Source: Octopus sinensis (Eukaryota). From it: a stretch of DNA of 64,000 nt. Under the pieces are notes generated by a model. It did no database searches and was not told the DNA's origin. It saw only the letters and a program-made list of their open reading frames with translations. The stretch is taken from positions 9,796,001 through 9,860,000 of the forward strand of contig NC_043000.1 in the NCBI RefSeq assembly GCF_006345805.1, read 5' to 3'. Positions 39,478 through 54,510 of this stretch are shown in pieces. Numbering within the stretch: position 1 is the stretch's first letter; every line of letters starts with the position of its first letter. The position numbers were made by a program, and so were the translations under genes.

Positions 39478-40499
39478 ATATTTTGGTAGAAATGACTAAT
39501 TGTCCCTCTTAGCGTTTGGCATGTATGTATAATGCCTTTTGGCATGTATGTATAATGCCCTCTATATATAAATTAATATGTTCAATAAGAAATAATTATT
39601 TTCGAAATTTTTTCTCTTATGAGATTTTTACGCTATCTACCTGACAATTTCTTGTTAAGTTTTCCTTATTAAGTAGTTGTCCTTAATTGCTATATATATA
39701 TATATATATACATATAAACCACAGTGGTTTAGCCATCAAAGGTAGCTGCGGTGATCACCAATCTATAGGTTTTGCATTGGAGAGAATTCCTACGTGAATT
39801 GCCTTACAGAACTGAAGAGCTTCACCTACCCTGGAGTTGCTAGAAGGGTGTCAAATGCGCATCGGACCAGCTTGGTGATTCCATTCCTTGATTTGCTGTC
39901 GAGATTGACTCCCCTAGCCTTTCCCTTTCCCAAGGTACTAACAATGCAGTGAGGGTTTGTGATTGAAGTCTCTTCCATAACATGCTCATTAACTCGTAGC
40001 TGCGACTCAGGCAATTGCTATTGCACCAAGTCAGAGTAGACCTGAGAAGAGCAGTGGTGGGTAAGAGGTAGTTTCACATCCAAAAGGCTTAGAACTCCCA
40101 AGCCAGGAACCCACTACCGGATCCAGTTTTAAATCGTACCAGGAATAGAATAACAAGATCTATTGATGAAATAAGTGCAGTGAAAAAATTATCATATAAA
40201 AAAGGTAGACTGTAAATTCAAGTTCCACTTGAAAAGAAGTTTGTTCTGACTGTTTGTACAATCATCGAGACACAATCGATGCCTTATATGTACGTACGTA
40301 CGTACGTACGTGCGAACATACATACATACATACGTCCGTAAGCACGTACGTACATGCAGATTTATATACATACACACACATATACAGATATATATATATA
40401 ATCAGCCTCATATATGTATATATATATATCTGTGTGTGTGTGTGTGTGTGTGTATGAGAGGTTGATTATATATATGTATATGTATATATATATAGTCAT

Positions 40500-40597
<98 letters not shown>

Positions 40598-41509
40598 TAC
40601 ACACACATATATATATTCTAGAGTCTCTAATTTATATAGCATTTATGTAAGGCAACTCAATGAATGAGACCGCCCCGAGTTGCCACTATGAAACAAGTTA
40701 CAATGAATTGTTTTAATGGTGTGTTTCTGACAGCATCTCTCATTGAGCTATTTGTACCAGATTCCTTCTGATTCTAAGCCAGCAACAGAGACAGATGCAT
40801 TTAATTGTATTTACGATGTGGAAGGAAAACAAACGAGGCCAGGTTTGCATTTTATGACTTCTTTTGAACTTCTTATAGATAATTCAGTTAAAAGCGGAGA
40901 AAACAATAACCTTGACTTTTACAGATGAACAGAAGGTTTTTCCTAAATATCAAAGACCATCTGTTTTAACCATTAAATTGAAAATACAAAATGTATACAC
41001 GAATAATGTATAGTTGCACGAAGAGTGGCAAGTATAGAAATTTATAGGAAGAAGAAATCCATATATTTACAAATAAGGAGTATTTTATGCAGCATTCCAA
41101 TTAAACTTTCAGCAAATTCAAACTCGTTTCCTAATACCGTCATAAAACAAATCTCATGTAAAATTTACAACATTTGCTGTCATTTGATAGTCTGCAGCCT
41201 CTCTACTGAGCTGATGATATTCATATTGCGACCAATAATTATTGATTTCTGACAGAAGTTCATGGCCAATTTTCTGTCGATTCTTCTGTGGTCGATGAAA
41301 TTTACCTCTGTAACATTACTGATTCATATTCTAATTTTGGCACAAAGACAGCAATTTTGAGGGTAGGGAAAACTCCAAGGTTCAGCTGGTACTTATTTTA
41401 TCGACCTCGAAAGTATCAAAGACAAAGGTTAGGATGTTTATATTTATATATCATGTTAATGAAAATACCGTATGATGTATGTATGTATGTATGTATGTAT
41501 GTATGTATG

Positions 41510-41576
<67 letters not shown>

Positions 41577-41590
41577 ATATATTAATAATA

Positions 41591-41647
<57 letters not shown>

Positions 41648-43532
41648 GAGAATATAATTTCAAACTTAGAGGGAAAAATTCAATTTAGTAAAACTAAATC
41701 AAATTTCAGAATATATAATATATGTATATAAATTAGAGAAGAACCACCATGTAGCAATTCAACAATGAAATAACAATGATATAATTAAATCATACCATAT
41801 AGAAAACATTAAATATATGATAAAATGTATACCTATAATTAAGTAAAGTACAAAATAGTAAACAAATAGTATATATATATATTTGACAAATGTTATTTGG
41901 AGTATACATCCCTATAACTCTTCGACTATATATATGTGTTAAAATAAGGTTACTATTAGTTTAAGAATAACAACGGAACATTTACGTGGTATACATAACC
42001 TTCAATCACTACTTTATTTGTACAATACTTTATGGACCCCGGTGGGGCTCAAAGACATAGTCGATCTTGGCAGGATTTGAACTCAGAACGTTAAAACCAG
42101 AATTCACCTAATGTAGTTAATATATTACAAATGTTCATGGTGATCATAATTTCTTATTTCTCTATTGCCCACAAGCGGCTAAACATAGAGAGGACAAACA
42201 AGGACAGACAAACGAATGAAGTCGATTATATCGACCCCAGTGCGTAATTGCTACTTAATTTATCGACCCCGAAAGGATGAAAGGCAAAGTCGACCTCGCC
42301 GGAATTTGAACTCATAACATAGCGGCAGACAAATATCGCTAAGCATTCCGCCCGGCGTGCTAACGTTTCTGCCAGCTCGCCACCTTAAGATAATAATTTC
42401 TTACCGCTCCTAAGCGAACAATCGCGCACGCGTCATACCAATAACTGACCAATTCATCCTCACACATGCCACAAGAATGGCAAATAATACTTACAAAGAC
42501 TATTATTATTCAATCCAAAATTAATAGAATACGTACTTTGATTTCGATACAAAAAACTGTGAAAAAAATACTTCGTACTTGGCAAAATTTTGACAAATCA
42601 AAGCGTCATAAATGGATACGAGAGAAATATATCAAACTTCATTTATCACGGGTGTTGGGTTAAAATCCCTGTTAAACGAACCAATGGTTAATGAATAACA
42701 GAATATATTGGAAAAATAAATTTTGTCTAGAGAGCCCTGGTCGTCCCCCGAACTTCCGCTTCAAACAATTTTAGAACACATATACTGATATGTTTTATTA
42801 GTTTCAGCCATTAGACTGCGCCCATGTTGGGGCACCGCCTTGAAGAGTTTTAGTCGAACTAATCGATCCAAATGCTTATAATTTTTAAAGCCCGGCACTT
42901 ATTGTAACGAGCCCTTTTTCTGAACTGCTAAGTTACAGGGATGTAAACAAACACTGGTTGTCATACGGTGATGGAGGACAAACACAGACGCACCCCCCCC
43001 CGCCACACACACACGTATATATACGACGGGCATCTTTCAGTTTCTGTCTACGAAACCCATTCACAATGTTTTGGTCTGCTCGAGGCTATAATAGAAGACC
43101 AATGTGTTTGAGAAGTAAACTTCTTACAACATAGCAACGCTTGTGCCTATGGTCACGCAGGGGCCTAGTGTAATTCAATAATATATCAGTAAATAATTTT
43201 TAAAATATGACTGAAACAAATCACAAAAAGTATCATAACAAACAGAACCTTTCACTTATTGCCGTCCCGTGTTATTACAGATCAATTTATGATAAGCGTA
43301 ACATGGTTCACAGTTGAGCGCACCGTGTTATCCTGGATCAGTGACAGATAACTCAGTGATAAACTAGGATAGATGTAATTGCCTCTTCTATGTGCATGAT
43401 ACAGTCTTTATATAACACGACACAACACGATTATCGCACAAAAATTGGGGAGAAGTTAACTCTGACCTGAAAGTAATAACACACTAATTTAGGATGATAA
43501 ATTCCCAAAACCAACAAATAAAGAAAGCATAA

Positions 43533-43715
43533 TCTATTATATAAAATCCGTTCTATCTGTGTGTGTGTGTATGTCTTCTAGGATCTCGGGCATCCTCCAT
43601 CCGATTACGCTCAAAATTGATATGTAGATACCAACGGTATCAGGGCGTGTATAAGTCTTGAACAAATTACAAAAATCGATTCCAGGTAAGAATGCGATCG
43701 ATAAAGCATTCTTTG
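43533..43715 (+). mobile_element. Helitron-like 5' fragment
   Basis: a|TCTATTATATAAAATCCG start followed by (TG)n and ...ccatccgattacgctcaaaattgatatg. No 3' CTAG end found. Confidence 0.5.
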
Positions 43716-44204
43716 GAATAGAAAAAAGTCTATCTTTATTTCTTCTTTTGCTGGTGTCTCAAATTTAGGTTAAATCAGTGTTTTTCAAAAGGGAGGCCTA
43801 TGGGACGGTCGGACAAGTTGTTTTGAGAAGATTTGGTTTAAATGTTTGACAACTCAGCACCGTCCATTGGACGGGGGGCGTTTTGCTCGTAAAGATATAA
43901 AAGAATTATCACGAAGACAGACAAAATATCTGCAAATTGTCCCAACGAAGTAAATAAGTAACCAAAAAGCTGCGAAACCAAGCACTAAGACATCCATTTA
44001 ATACTGAACAACACAACTGAACTAGATTAACACAAAATGTAGAATAAAAGCGAATGTGAGGAAGATGTATGAATAGGAAATTTTTAAACATGGAAATCAA
44101 GATTATGATAATCTAAAAATGGAAATAATGTAAGAATTATAATTAACAGATCTTCATAAGACCAACGAATAAAACAGCAAAAGAAAAAAAGAAAACGAAG
44201 ACGC

Positions 44205-44616
44205 AGGAGTGGCTGTGTGGTAAGTAGCTTGCTAACCAACCACACGGTTCCGGGTTCAGTCCCACTGCGTAGCACCTTGGGCAAGTGTCTTCTGCTATAG
44301 CCTCGGGCCGACCAAAGCCTTGTGAGTGGATTTGGTAGACGGAAACTGAAAGAAGCCCGTCGTATATATGTATATATATATATATGTGCGTGTGTGTGTT
44401 TGTGTGTCTTTGATTGTCTCCCTAGCATTGCTTGACAACCGATGCTGGTGTGTTTATGTCCCCGTTTCTTAGCGGTTCGGCAAAAGAGACCGATAGAATA
44501 AGTACTGGGCTTACAAAGAATAAGTCTCGGGGTCGATTTGCTCGACTAAAGGCGGTGCTCCAGCATGGCCGCAGTCAAATGACTGAAACAAGTAAAAGAG
44601 TAAAAGAGTAAAGAGT
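44205..44616 (+). mobile_element. Full-length group C CORE-type SINE flanked by ~120-bp direct repeats
   Basis: Direct repeats at 44086-44204 and 44617-44736. Confidence 0.9.
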
Positions 44617-44929
44617 AAACATGGAAATCATGATTTTGATAATCTAAAAATGGAAATAATGGAAGAATTATAATTAACAGATCTTCATATAAGACCAACG
44701 AATAAAACAGCAAAAGAAAAAAGAAAATGAAGACGCCAACTTAGGGTTCGTGAACTTGAAAACACATGATCAAAAATAACATCGGGTTAAATGAAATGAT
44801 ATAAGCAGCAGCAACAATATTTATGAAGAAAGTGAGTGCTTTTTTCGGATTTACTAAAATAGAATTATGAATATCCGAGCAAACAACATGGAAAACAATA
44901 ATGACAATAAGAGAAATATTAAAAAAAAT

Positions 44930-46650
44930 AAAAGAAGCGATCTGTCGATTATTAATGAAATCAATAACTAGAAGACACGATTGAAGAAAAGGAGGGAAAA
45001 ATATTACTGAAATATAACAAAAAATATAAAAAAGAGAAGAATAAAGAATTCCTTGGAATCAAAGAACGCTCGTAACAAGAGACCTTCTCAGAATCACTAA
45101 GATTTTATTGGTATGAATAGTGACAACGATTCTTTGAATAGACCAAACACATCGACTCCAGCATAAAACGATTATCAAGAACTTGGTAATAAAAAGCAAA
45201 TAAAATACAAATCAATGCAGTACCAACAGCAAGAAATGTAGAAGAATTGTGACAGTGGGTGGGTGTGTAATTTTTAAAAAAATATCACAATTGGCGCGAT
45301 TGTTTAAAACAATGAAATATAATGCTGGTACGGCTTTGGAAGCCTGTATCAATACAAGAAGTTACTCAGACGTCATAAAAGCACAACAATTTAGAAGGCA
45401 CCATGGACTAAGATCTGAAATACTTAAGCTCAAATATTTAAAAAGGACACATAAGGGTGGTAACAGGGGTGTTTAATAAAGTGCTAAAATACTTGAAGAC
45501 AACACTCAATTTGCACACGTCCAGAAAACCATTTGAATCCCAAATTTAAAGAAACAATAAACACTAAAGGCCTTGACTTTGACTGCTATGATATTGATTT
45601 CAAATTTTGGCACAAGGCCAGCATTTTCGAGGAGGGGTTAAGACGATTACATCGATCCCGGTGCTCAACTGGTACTTATTTTATCGATCCCGAAAGGATG
45701 AAAGGTAAAGTCGGCCTCGGTGGAATTTAAACTCAAAACCCGACGACAGATGAAATGCTGTTAAGCATTGTGTCCGGCTTGCTAACGATTCTGTCAGCTC
45801 ACCGCATTGGCGTAAAGATAGATGAAATACCTATTTCTTTATTACCCACAAGGGGCTACAGACAGAGGGGACAAACAAGGACAGACAAAGGTATTAAATC
45901 GATTACATCGACCCCAGTGCGTAACTGGTACTTAATTTATCGACCCCGAAAGGATGAAAGGCAAAGTCGACCTCGACGGAATTTGAATTCAGAACGTAGC
46001 GACAGACGAATTGCCGCTAAGCATTTCGTCCGGCGTGCTAGCCATTCTGCCAGTTTGCCGCCTTAAAGATAGATGAAATACCACTAATCATTTCGTCAAA
46101 CATGCTAAAGATTCTGCCAGCTCCGCTCTCTTGCAAGTGCTATAATATTGCAGATGACAAACATACATACAGAGAAAAAGGTAAACCTGTTTCTAGAAGA
46201 GCTGGAGGGTACTGCATAAGTATATGTGATAGTAAAGGTTAATTACTGATCAAAATGTTATAGCCTTAGAATACATAAAAAGAAAGAAGGATTTCAGAAT
46301 GATATAGTTGACAACAAGGAAGCTCTTGATAGTGTTCCTCAGAAATGTGATCCCTGGAGACACTATCTGTAACGTAGCGAAAAGTATCTTTAGGAGAAAT
46401 GTAGACATATCCAAGCATGTGGAAAAATAATTAGCTAGAATGTTGCGAACACCATACGTAATAGCTACCTTGGTGATGATTAAGAATGTTGGAACTATAA
46501 TAATAACTGCCTTGGGTATGATTAAGAATGAAGCAGACAAATTACAATCCCAAATCCACGAGATTTACAAATAAGCAAAACATACATTGAAAATAGCATT
46601 ACCAAGCACTGCACATATTTATTATGTAGGGTACTGAAAATATTCTACAT
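44930..46650 (+). mobile_element. Highly degenerate R4/Dong-like LINE remnants interrupted by A-group SINEs
   Basis: Patchy translations (e.g. IIITALGMIKNEADK and HCTYLLCRVLK near 46500-46640) parallel the RLE C-terminus at 47140-47406. Many stops and frameshifts. Confidence 0.4.
45832..46064 (-). mobile_element. Group A1 SINE inserted into an older A-type head, 18-bp TSD
   Basis: TSD aaagatagatgaaatacc at 45814-45831 and 46065-46082. In element sense the target reads ...tgattagt|GGTATTTCatctatcttt. Confidence 0.92.
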
Positions 46651-46786
46651 TTTCCTTGCTCTGCTAGTTTCATTGTATTTTAATTACAATGGAAATACAA
46701 AACCCAAATAAAACATTGCACCTATCCAAGGTATACAGTTAAATAGGTTAGTGCAATGAAAACATGCAATAAAAATATAACTCTAA

Positions 46787-47516
46787 GAACAAGCATTAAG
46801 GACTACCTATGTGATGTGCAGAATCGACAACACTTCTGACAGCGGCAAATGCAGATTGTGTGGTGAGAGGGGTGAAACGGTATGGCACATCGCTAACGAA
46901 TGCCCAAAATTGGTCAAATGCGATACAAAAGACGCCATTGCAATGATTCAGGAATGATTCATTGGGAGCTCTGTGGAAATCAAAGACTCCAAAAAGCAAA
47001 GACGTGGTATGAGCAAACCCCAGAAAGAGTCACCGAGAATGAAAATTGCAAAATCCTGTGGGATGCAATAATTCAGTGCCGTCCAGACATCGGAAACCGG
47101 ACATTGTTGTGGTGAAAAAAAAAGGGAGAAAGAACATGCATGATAATTGACATAACATGTCCCGGTGACAAAAGAATCAAAGAGAAAGAAGACAAACTGA
47201 ACAACTACGACGATTTGAAGTGGGAAATACGAAGGTTGTGGTCAATGAAGAGAGTAGACGTGATGCCAATAGCAATTGGCGCACTTAAAGTATCTCAACT
47301 GCCAACATGGTTCAAAACGATTGGTGCAAGTGTGAAGGTAGAACACCTACAAAATTCAGCATTACTTGGAACTGCAAGAATTCTTCGCAGGGTTCTTGAA
47401 GAATGACCAATAAACAAGTGAAACCTTAGTCTGCTGGCTGTGGACAGCTGACACTTTCCATCATACTCAGCAAAATAAGCTGTGAGTTTTCGTCACATAA
47501 TATAATAATAATAATG

Positions 47517-47560
<44 letters not shown>
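46787..47560 (+). mobile_element. 5'-truncated R4/Dong-clade (RLE) non-LTR retrotransposon ending in (TAA)n
   Basis: EQALRTTYVMCRIDNTSDSGKCRLCGERGETVWHIANECPKL (CCHC knuckle), KILWDAIIQC, PDIVVVKK..IIDITCPGD (PD-D/ExK nuclease), LLGTARILRRVLEE*. Short 3' UTR and (TAA)n tail; frameshifted. Confidence 0.88.
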
Positions 47561-47564
<4 letters not shown>

Positions 47565-47771
47565 TTTCAAATTTTGCCACAAGGCCAGCAATTTCGGAGA
47601 GGAGATGAGTCGAATACATCGACCCCAGCACTTAACTGGTACTTATTTTATCGACCCAGAAAGAATTAAAGGCAAGGTCAACCTCGGCGGAATTTGAACT
47701 CAGAACATGGATGGAATGCCGCTAAACATTTTGCCTGGCGTGCTAACGATTCTGCCAGTCCGCCGCCATCA

Positions 47772-47833
<62 letters not shown>

Positions 47834-47834
47834 A

Positions 47835-47882
<48 letters not shown>

Positions 47883-50046
47883 TTGATGATGATGATGATG
47901 ATGATTATAATGATGTGATGATAGATTTAACCTATATTTATATTGATCTTAGTACGACGACTCTGGTAAGATTCGAAGCTCAGACTATTTTTGCCTCCAC
48001 TCAGACAAAGGAATAGAAAGGAGCAAGATACCAAGCATTGCATTAGATATAAAAAGCACATTATTGATTGAAGTCATTCTTGTATCACTTCCCGGAGAAG
48101 AATGACCTAGAATTTAGAAGCATAACAGAGCTACACCGAATCAATTGCTTGTGATTCACATGACTGGAGGTTAATAAAAAAAAGAAAGCGTAATGAAAGA
48201 AAACCTTGATTGTAAGATGTATGATTTATAGAATAATGAAATAAAAAAAATTCTAGCAAGCAGCTGCCTTCAAGGTATGATGCTACTTTCGTGAGCTAAG
48301 CACTTCAAGACTTGGTGTAAACTACTTTAGTCATACGACTTCCGTCAGTTTTCATCAATTAATATATACAGATTTAGACATGTAGTGATGTATATATATA
48401 TATATATAAGATGGTGGCTTCATGACAAATTTAATTTACTGCAATAGAAAGAAAATCGTTGACGAAATTTGTATATTAGAACGAATGAGTAGTCGTAATT
48501 CCCTATCGTTGAAACAATCAAGATATACTACTAAGTAGGAAACATTAAAAAAACATATTTTTATGTCACATTAAAATCTTCTTTATGTGTCCATAAAACC
48601 ACAGTGGTTATAAATCAAGCACAAATTTTGTGCAATCCATTTTGAAACATTTCTAAAACAAATGAAACCTATTTTCCTTTCTGCGCTAGAACAATATCAA
48701 ACAATATGGCCGTACATGTCTTCTGTAAATTTTCATTAATTCATTCTATACTTTATATAAAAATTATCCAATGTGATACAAACATATCTACAACCAGGGA
48801 ATTCAATTTGTAATAAATAGGAAATGATGAAAATGATAAACAGCCAATATTAAGCGATAAAAGCGATAAAAGTGGGCAACTATTATAAAGTTGATGAAAC
48901 ATGGGTTTATTATATTAAACGACGAAGAAGATTACTTTTTCCCAATACATTATCACAGGCACATTTTGCACAATAAATTCACGGTAGATATATAAACCTT
49001 TCATTGTGGTTAAAAATAGTAGCTTAATATTATTTAATATTAAACGAAGTGAGATCGGTAGAGTGACAGACACGTTAGAGCATCAGTAATCGCTTCGGCA
49101 GATTTTGTTTCTGTTCTTCACATTCTGAATTAAAATCCTGTGGACATCATCTTTTCCTTCTGGGCTCGATAAAATAAAACTTCCACTCAACTTCTCGGTC
49201 CAATATATTCAAGTACTTTCTATCCCAAATTTATCATCTTCAGCATAAGTTAGAAATCAATATTACGCTAAATGAGTATGGTGTGTTCGCCTTGCGGCAG
49301 ACGAAGAGTTGTATGAAAATTAGTTTCTTTTTTCATTTAGCTCTCTGAGATAAATCCAATCGCAGTCGACTACGCATTCTTCCTTTCAGGTTGGTAAATT
49401 ACTCACTAGTATACACAATTTTCGTCTGCTAAATTCATTTACAAACTATGAGTCAATTCGGACTATAATAGAAGAAACCTTCGCAAGGTGTCGCGCGTTA
49501 GGATTTCAGAATGAAATAGCGTGGTTGTGAAACAAACTTCTTAACTCCACATTCACACCTAAGCTTTGATGAAGATTTTATGTCTTTATGCATTATGATA
49601 TGCTTTCCTATACGTATAGTCACACATAAAACGAAAAGAACGCTCTTTCGAAAACCAGTATAAAATGAAAATAAACTGCATTTATACACTAAAATAAGCT
49701 TTCCTCCATAGAAACACACAATAAGAAAATATTCTTTTCTACTCTAGGCACAAGACCCGGGATTTTGGGAGAGGAGGCCAGTCGATTAGATCTACCCCAG
49801 TACGCAACTGGTACTTAATTTATCGACTTCGTAATGATGAAAGGCAAAGTCGACCTCGACAGAATTTTGAACTCAGAACGTAAAGACAGTAAAACATTTA
49901 TTAAGGCATTTGCGCAGGCGTGACTGCATTTAAGAAGCTTGGTTTTGGGTTCAGTCCCAATGCGTGGTACTTTGGGTAAATGTTTTCTACTACAGTACCG
50001 GGCCAACAAGTACCTTGTGAGTAAATGCAGTGAACGGAAACCGTCG

Positions 50047-50094
<48 letters not shown>

Positions 50095-50496
50095 GCATAC
50101 ACACACATACACCGCTTGACAACCGGTGTTGGATTGATTTCATCCCCTTAACAAACCATAGCGGTTCGGCAAAAGAGAACGATAGGATAAGCACCAGACT
50201 TTAAAATAAGTACTAGAATCGACTAGTTCGACGAAACCCTTCAAGGTGGTGCCGCAGCAAGGTCACACTCCAATGACCGAAAGAAGTAAAAGAAAGATAA
50301 AAAGTAAGATCGACAATTTTGATAAACATTTGAACCATGACATAAAGTAATAATTGCCTGCATAAACACTTTTCTCATACATGAACTGGTATATGTTTGC
50401 CATATAATTATTTCATATCTTTTATTGGCTGCCGTGTGTTATCATGCTTAAGCTGTGTTTCACATAGAATTTTATTATACAGTATATGGATATATG

Positions 50497-50880
50497 GAAA
50501 CACTCCGTCGGTTACGACGATAAGGGTTCCGGTTGATCCGAATCAACGGAACAGCCTGCTCGTGAAATTAACGTGTAAGTGACTGAGCACTCCACAGACA
50601 CGTGCAGCCTTAACGTAGTTCTCGGGGATATTCAGCGTGACACAGAGAGTGACAAGGCCGGCCCTTTGAAATACAGGTACAACAGAAACAGGAAGTCAAG
50701 AGTGAGAGAAAGTTGTGGTGAAAGAGTACAGCAGGGATCACCACCATCCCCTGCCGGAGCCTCGTGAAGCTTTAGGTGTTTTCGCTCAATAAACACTCGC
50801 AACGCCCGGTCTGGGAATCGAAACCGCGATCCTATGACCACGAGTCCGCTGACCTAACCACTGGGCCATTGCGCCTCCAC
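50497..50880 (-). mobile_element. Full-length group B SINE
   Basis: Reverse complement of the 14600/17783 family; ttatacagtatat is duplicated on both sides. Confidence 0.9.
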
Positions 50881-51307
50881 GCTTATACAGTATATATTCT
50901 ATTAAACAATATAGTTTTCATGACTTGTGTTCGCTATCTGTCATCTGTCCTGATTAAATTAATAATGTATGAAAAAAATAAATTGGCCATCTTGATCAAC
51001 ATCGGCCATCTTTGTTTTACGCTTCTCTGTTTCAGAAGGCAAATGACTACGTACCGCTAGCTTTTTGTATCTTTTCCCTGTTTTTCTTTGTTTTTGTCTT
51101 TTTGCGAGGTGATGAAAATCTAGTCATTCTCTCTCCTTTTCTCTCTTTCTTCATATATATGTGTGTGCGCGTGTGGGGGTATGTATGTATGTATATATGT
51201 ATGTATGTAGACAGGTAGACGGATCATTCGAAATTTTCTTTCCTCAGATAATCCTCGAAATTTCTGCTGATTATATGTATATAAGAGACGTACGTACACT
51301 TTAGTCT

Positions 51308-51393
<86 letters not shown>

Positions 51394-51437
51394 CATACAT
51401 ATATACATACATACATACATACATACATACATACTTA

Positions 51438-52211
51438 CAGTAGAACCTCGCTGCACGAGTGCATCATAGTACGAGCAATTTGCTGTACGAGCCGAAGCTC
51501 GTGGGAATTTTTGTCTCGAAGTACGAGCGGATATCAGCGGTACGAGCGAGTTTAATACAAGCGACCACTAGTTGATGCTGAGCTCGCACACGCTCTCCCA
51601 ACAATCGCAGCCTCCGCTTGGTCAGTTCACGTGTTTATCTCGTTGTGGCAGCATCTCTATAGTATTTTCCCAGTGTTTTTTTTTGTTTTTGTTTTGTTTT
51701 GTGTGCTTTTGCTGTTATTTTATAATAATTAGTTGTGTTAGCCATGGGTCCTAAGAAGGTTAGTGCAAAGGACAGTACCGAGAAGAAAAAGTTGGTTACG
51801 ATAGAATTGAAAAAGGAAATCATTGATAAACATGAGCGAGGAGTGCGTATGGTGGACAGAGCACGTCAATACAGCCGAAGACTCGGTGATCTGCACCATC
51901 CTGAAGAAAAAGGACGAGATCAAGGCCTTTACAACAGCCAAAGGTTGTCCCTAAGATCTCAAAGCAACATCTGTCCACGAAGAGATATAGAAAAATTGCT
52001 TCTCCTGTGGATCAACGAGAAACAACTCGCAGGGGGCTACAATAACGGAGACCATCGTGTGCGAGAATTTTGAGGGTGGTTTTAGTGGGACTGGAACGGA
52101 TTAATTGTATTATAATTAATTTCAATGTGGAAAATTGATTTGTAAAACGAGTAAATCGTAAAACGAACTCGGTCATATAACGAATTAAACTCGTACTGTG
52201 AGGTACCACTG
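51438..52211 (+). mobile_element. Internally deleted pogo/Tigger transposon
   Basis: Ends cagtagaacctcg / tgaggtaccactg. ATG 51744 MGPKKVSAKDSTEKKKLVTIELKKEIIDKHERGVRMVDRARQYS (CENP-B/psq HTH), then EKLLLLWINEKQLAG. No catalytic domain. Confidence 0.85.
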
Positions 52212-54104
52212 CATACACACACACACACATATATACATGGCCTGCTCGCTTAGCCAGCGGGGTGGCGTCATTTGAAGGCTAAAACAATGCGAAGTGCATT
52301 GTGATCAGCGATGTATAGTAGCAACATCTGATAGCCTACTCAGGTAGATAGATAGATAGATAAAGAGAGAGATAGATAGAGAGGGAGAGAGAGAGAGAGA
52401 TGCATGTATCTATCAATGCGTGTATGTATCTTTCTGCTTGTGTTTGCTCCGCACCCCCCTCCGCTTGACAACGGGTGTTGGTTTGTTTACGCCCCCCTTA
52501 ACATAGCGGTTCGGCGAACCAGAATGGTAAAATAATTACCAGACTTAAAATAAAAATGCTGCAGTCGATTTGTTCGACCAAACGCTTTAAGGTGGTGCTC
52601 CAGCATGACTGCAGTACAATGGCTGCCAAAAGCAAAAGATAAAAGGTTTTTTTTTGTAATATAGTTAGAAAATTGTGAGTGCCAAACCGCAAAGCACAAC
52701 TGATACAGTATGACATGAAAGTTTGACTGACATATCTATGTAATTTAAAATGGAGATAAAAAAAATCTGCTTCATAAACAAAAACGAAAGAAATATCACA
52801 TAAAAGCAGATTGTTGATGGAAAAACAAAGTTATTTATGTATGTGTCTTGGAGATAAAAATTGTTTTGCTGTTCAGTAATGTGGTGTACAAAATTATCAA
52901 ATAGTTTATTGGTTTTTTGCTAATTTCCAAGATATTTGGAAAGAAACCACAATGAATAATAAACATTAATAAGAAACGACATTTTCTTTTTAAAAAGATG
53001 TATCATCTATCTGAAAGTTTGAAAATCTTCTTCACCTAAATACTCAATTAAACACTATAACCAATAGACTCAATCTTCTTTCACTTGGTTTATACAGAAT
53101 TACCATTTTAAACGACGAGGAAATAGCTTGTCAGATACATTGCTTCTATTTCAAGGAGCAGCGTTGATCTTTTAGCTTTACCGTCTTTTTATCAAAACAG
53201 TTCGGTATCGAAATTTAATGCCTGGTTGAAAAATAATAGATATTTTATACTGAAACTTAATGACAGCTTAAAAATAACAAACACACGCGTGTGCACGCGT
53301 ACACATACATACATACATACCTACATACATACATACATACATACACTTGCACATACACACACTTATATATATTTCTTTACTACCCACTAGGGGCTAAACA
53401 CAGAGGGGACAAATAAGGACAGACAAACGGATTAAGTCGATTACATCGACCCCAGTGCGTAACTGGTACTTTATTTATCGACCCCGAAAGGATGAAAGGC
53501 AAAGTCGACCTCGGCGGAATTTGAACTCAGAACGTAACGGCAGACGAAATACGGCTACGCATTTCTCCCGGCGTGCTAACGTTTCTGCCAGTTCGCCGCC
53601 TTAACACACACTTATATAAAACATTGGCAAATTTTGGCGTGTCTTTGTACATGAAAACAAGGGGGTTAGTGGTTAGGGTATTTGGCTCATGATCTTAAGG
53701 CTATAAGTTCGATTCTCAGTGGCGCGTTGTGTCCATAGAGCAAGACCCTTTTATTTCATGTTGCTCCAGTGCACTCAGCTGGCAAAAAATGAGTAGTACC
53801 TGTTGTTCAAAGGGCCAACCTTGTCATATTCCGTGTCGCTTTGAGTCTCCTTGAGAATTCCGTGTCGCAAAAATGTGTTGCGGTATTTCTACCGGCTTTA
53901 CGTTCTGGGTTATAATTCCGCAAAAATTTCCCCCCTCCGCAAATATTTCGGGCTTTGTGCCTAGAGTAGAAATGAATATTTCGCGATTGTCATATCTCAG
54001 CATTTCCTCTGCCCTAACTCCATACAACCATTTACAGTAATATCTTTCACGACGACTCATGTGATAAGCTATGCCGTATGGCGTAGATATGTCATTTTTT
54101 TTTC

Positions 54105-54510
54105 TTGCAAACAAGGGGCTAAACATAGAGGGGACAAACAAGGACAGACAAACGGATTAAGTCGATTACATCGACACCGGTGCGTAACTGGCACTTAATT
54201 TATCGACCCCGAAAGGATGAAAGGAAAAGTCGACCTCGGCGGAATTTGAACTCAGAACGTAGCGGCAGACGAAATACCTATTTCTTTATTACTCACAAGG
54301 GGCTAAACATAGAGGGGACAAGCAAGGACAGACAAACGGATTAAGTCGATTACATCGACCCCAGTGCGTAACTGGCACTTCATTTATCGACCCCGAAAGG
54401 ATGAAAGGCTAAGTCGACCTCGGCGGAATTCGAACTCAGAACGTAGCGGCAGAAAAACACCGGAATGCATTTCGCCCGGCGTGCTAACGTTTCTGCCAGC
54501 TCGCCGCCTT
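54105..54510 (-). mobile_element. A1-A1 SINE dimer (junction 54278/54279)
   Basis: Full-headed unit joined at ...aaagaaata|ggtatttcgtctgccg to a head-less unit. A separate A1 copy with TSD acacacacttatata lies at ~53370-53602. Confidence 0.88.

Noticed and set aside
39780-40041. Minus-strand open frame (ORF 39826-40014) with a GTAGGT donor, as a possible exon
   Set aside because: The peptide is unrecognisable, the best acceptor gives stops, and the sequence resembles my recollection of RTE-type 5' leaders. A retroelement remnant is more likely.
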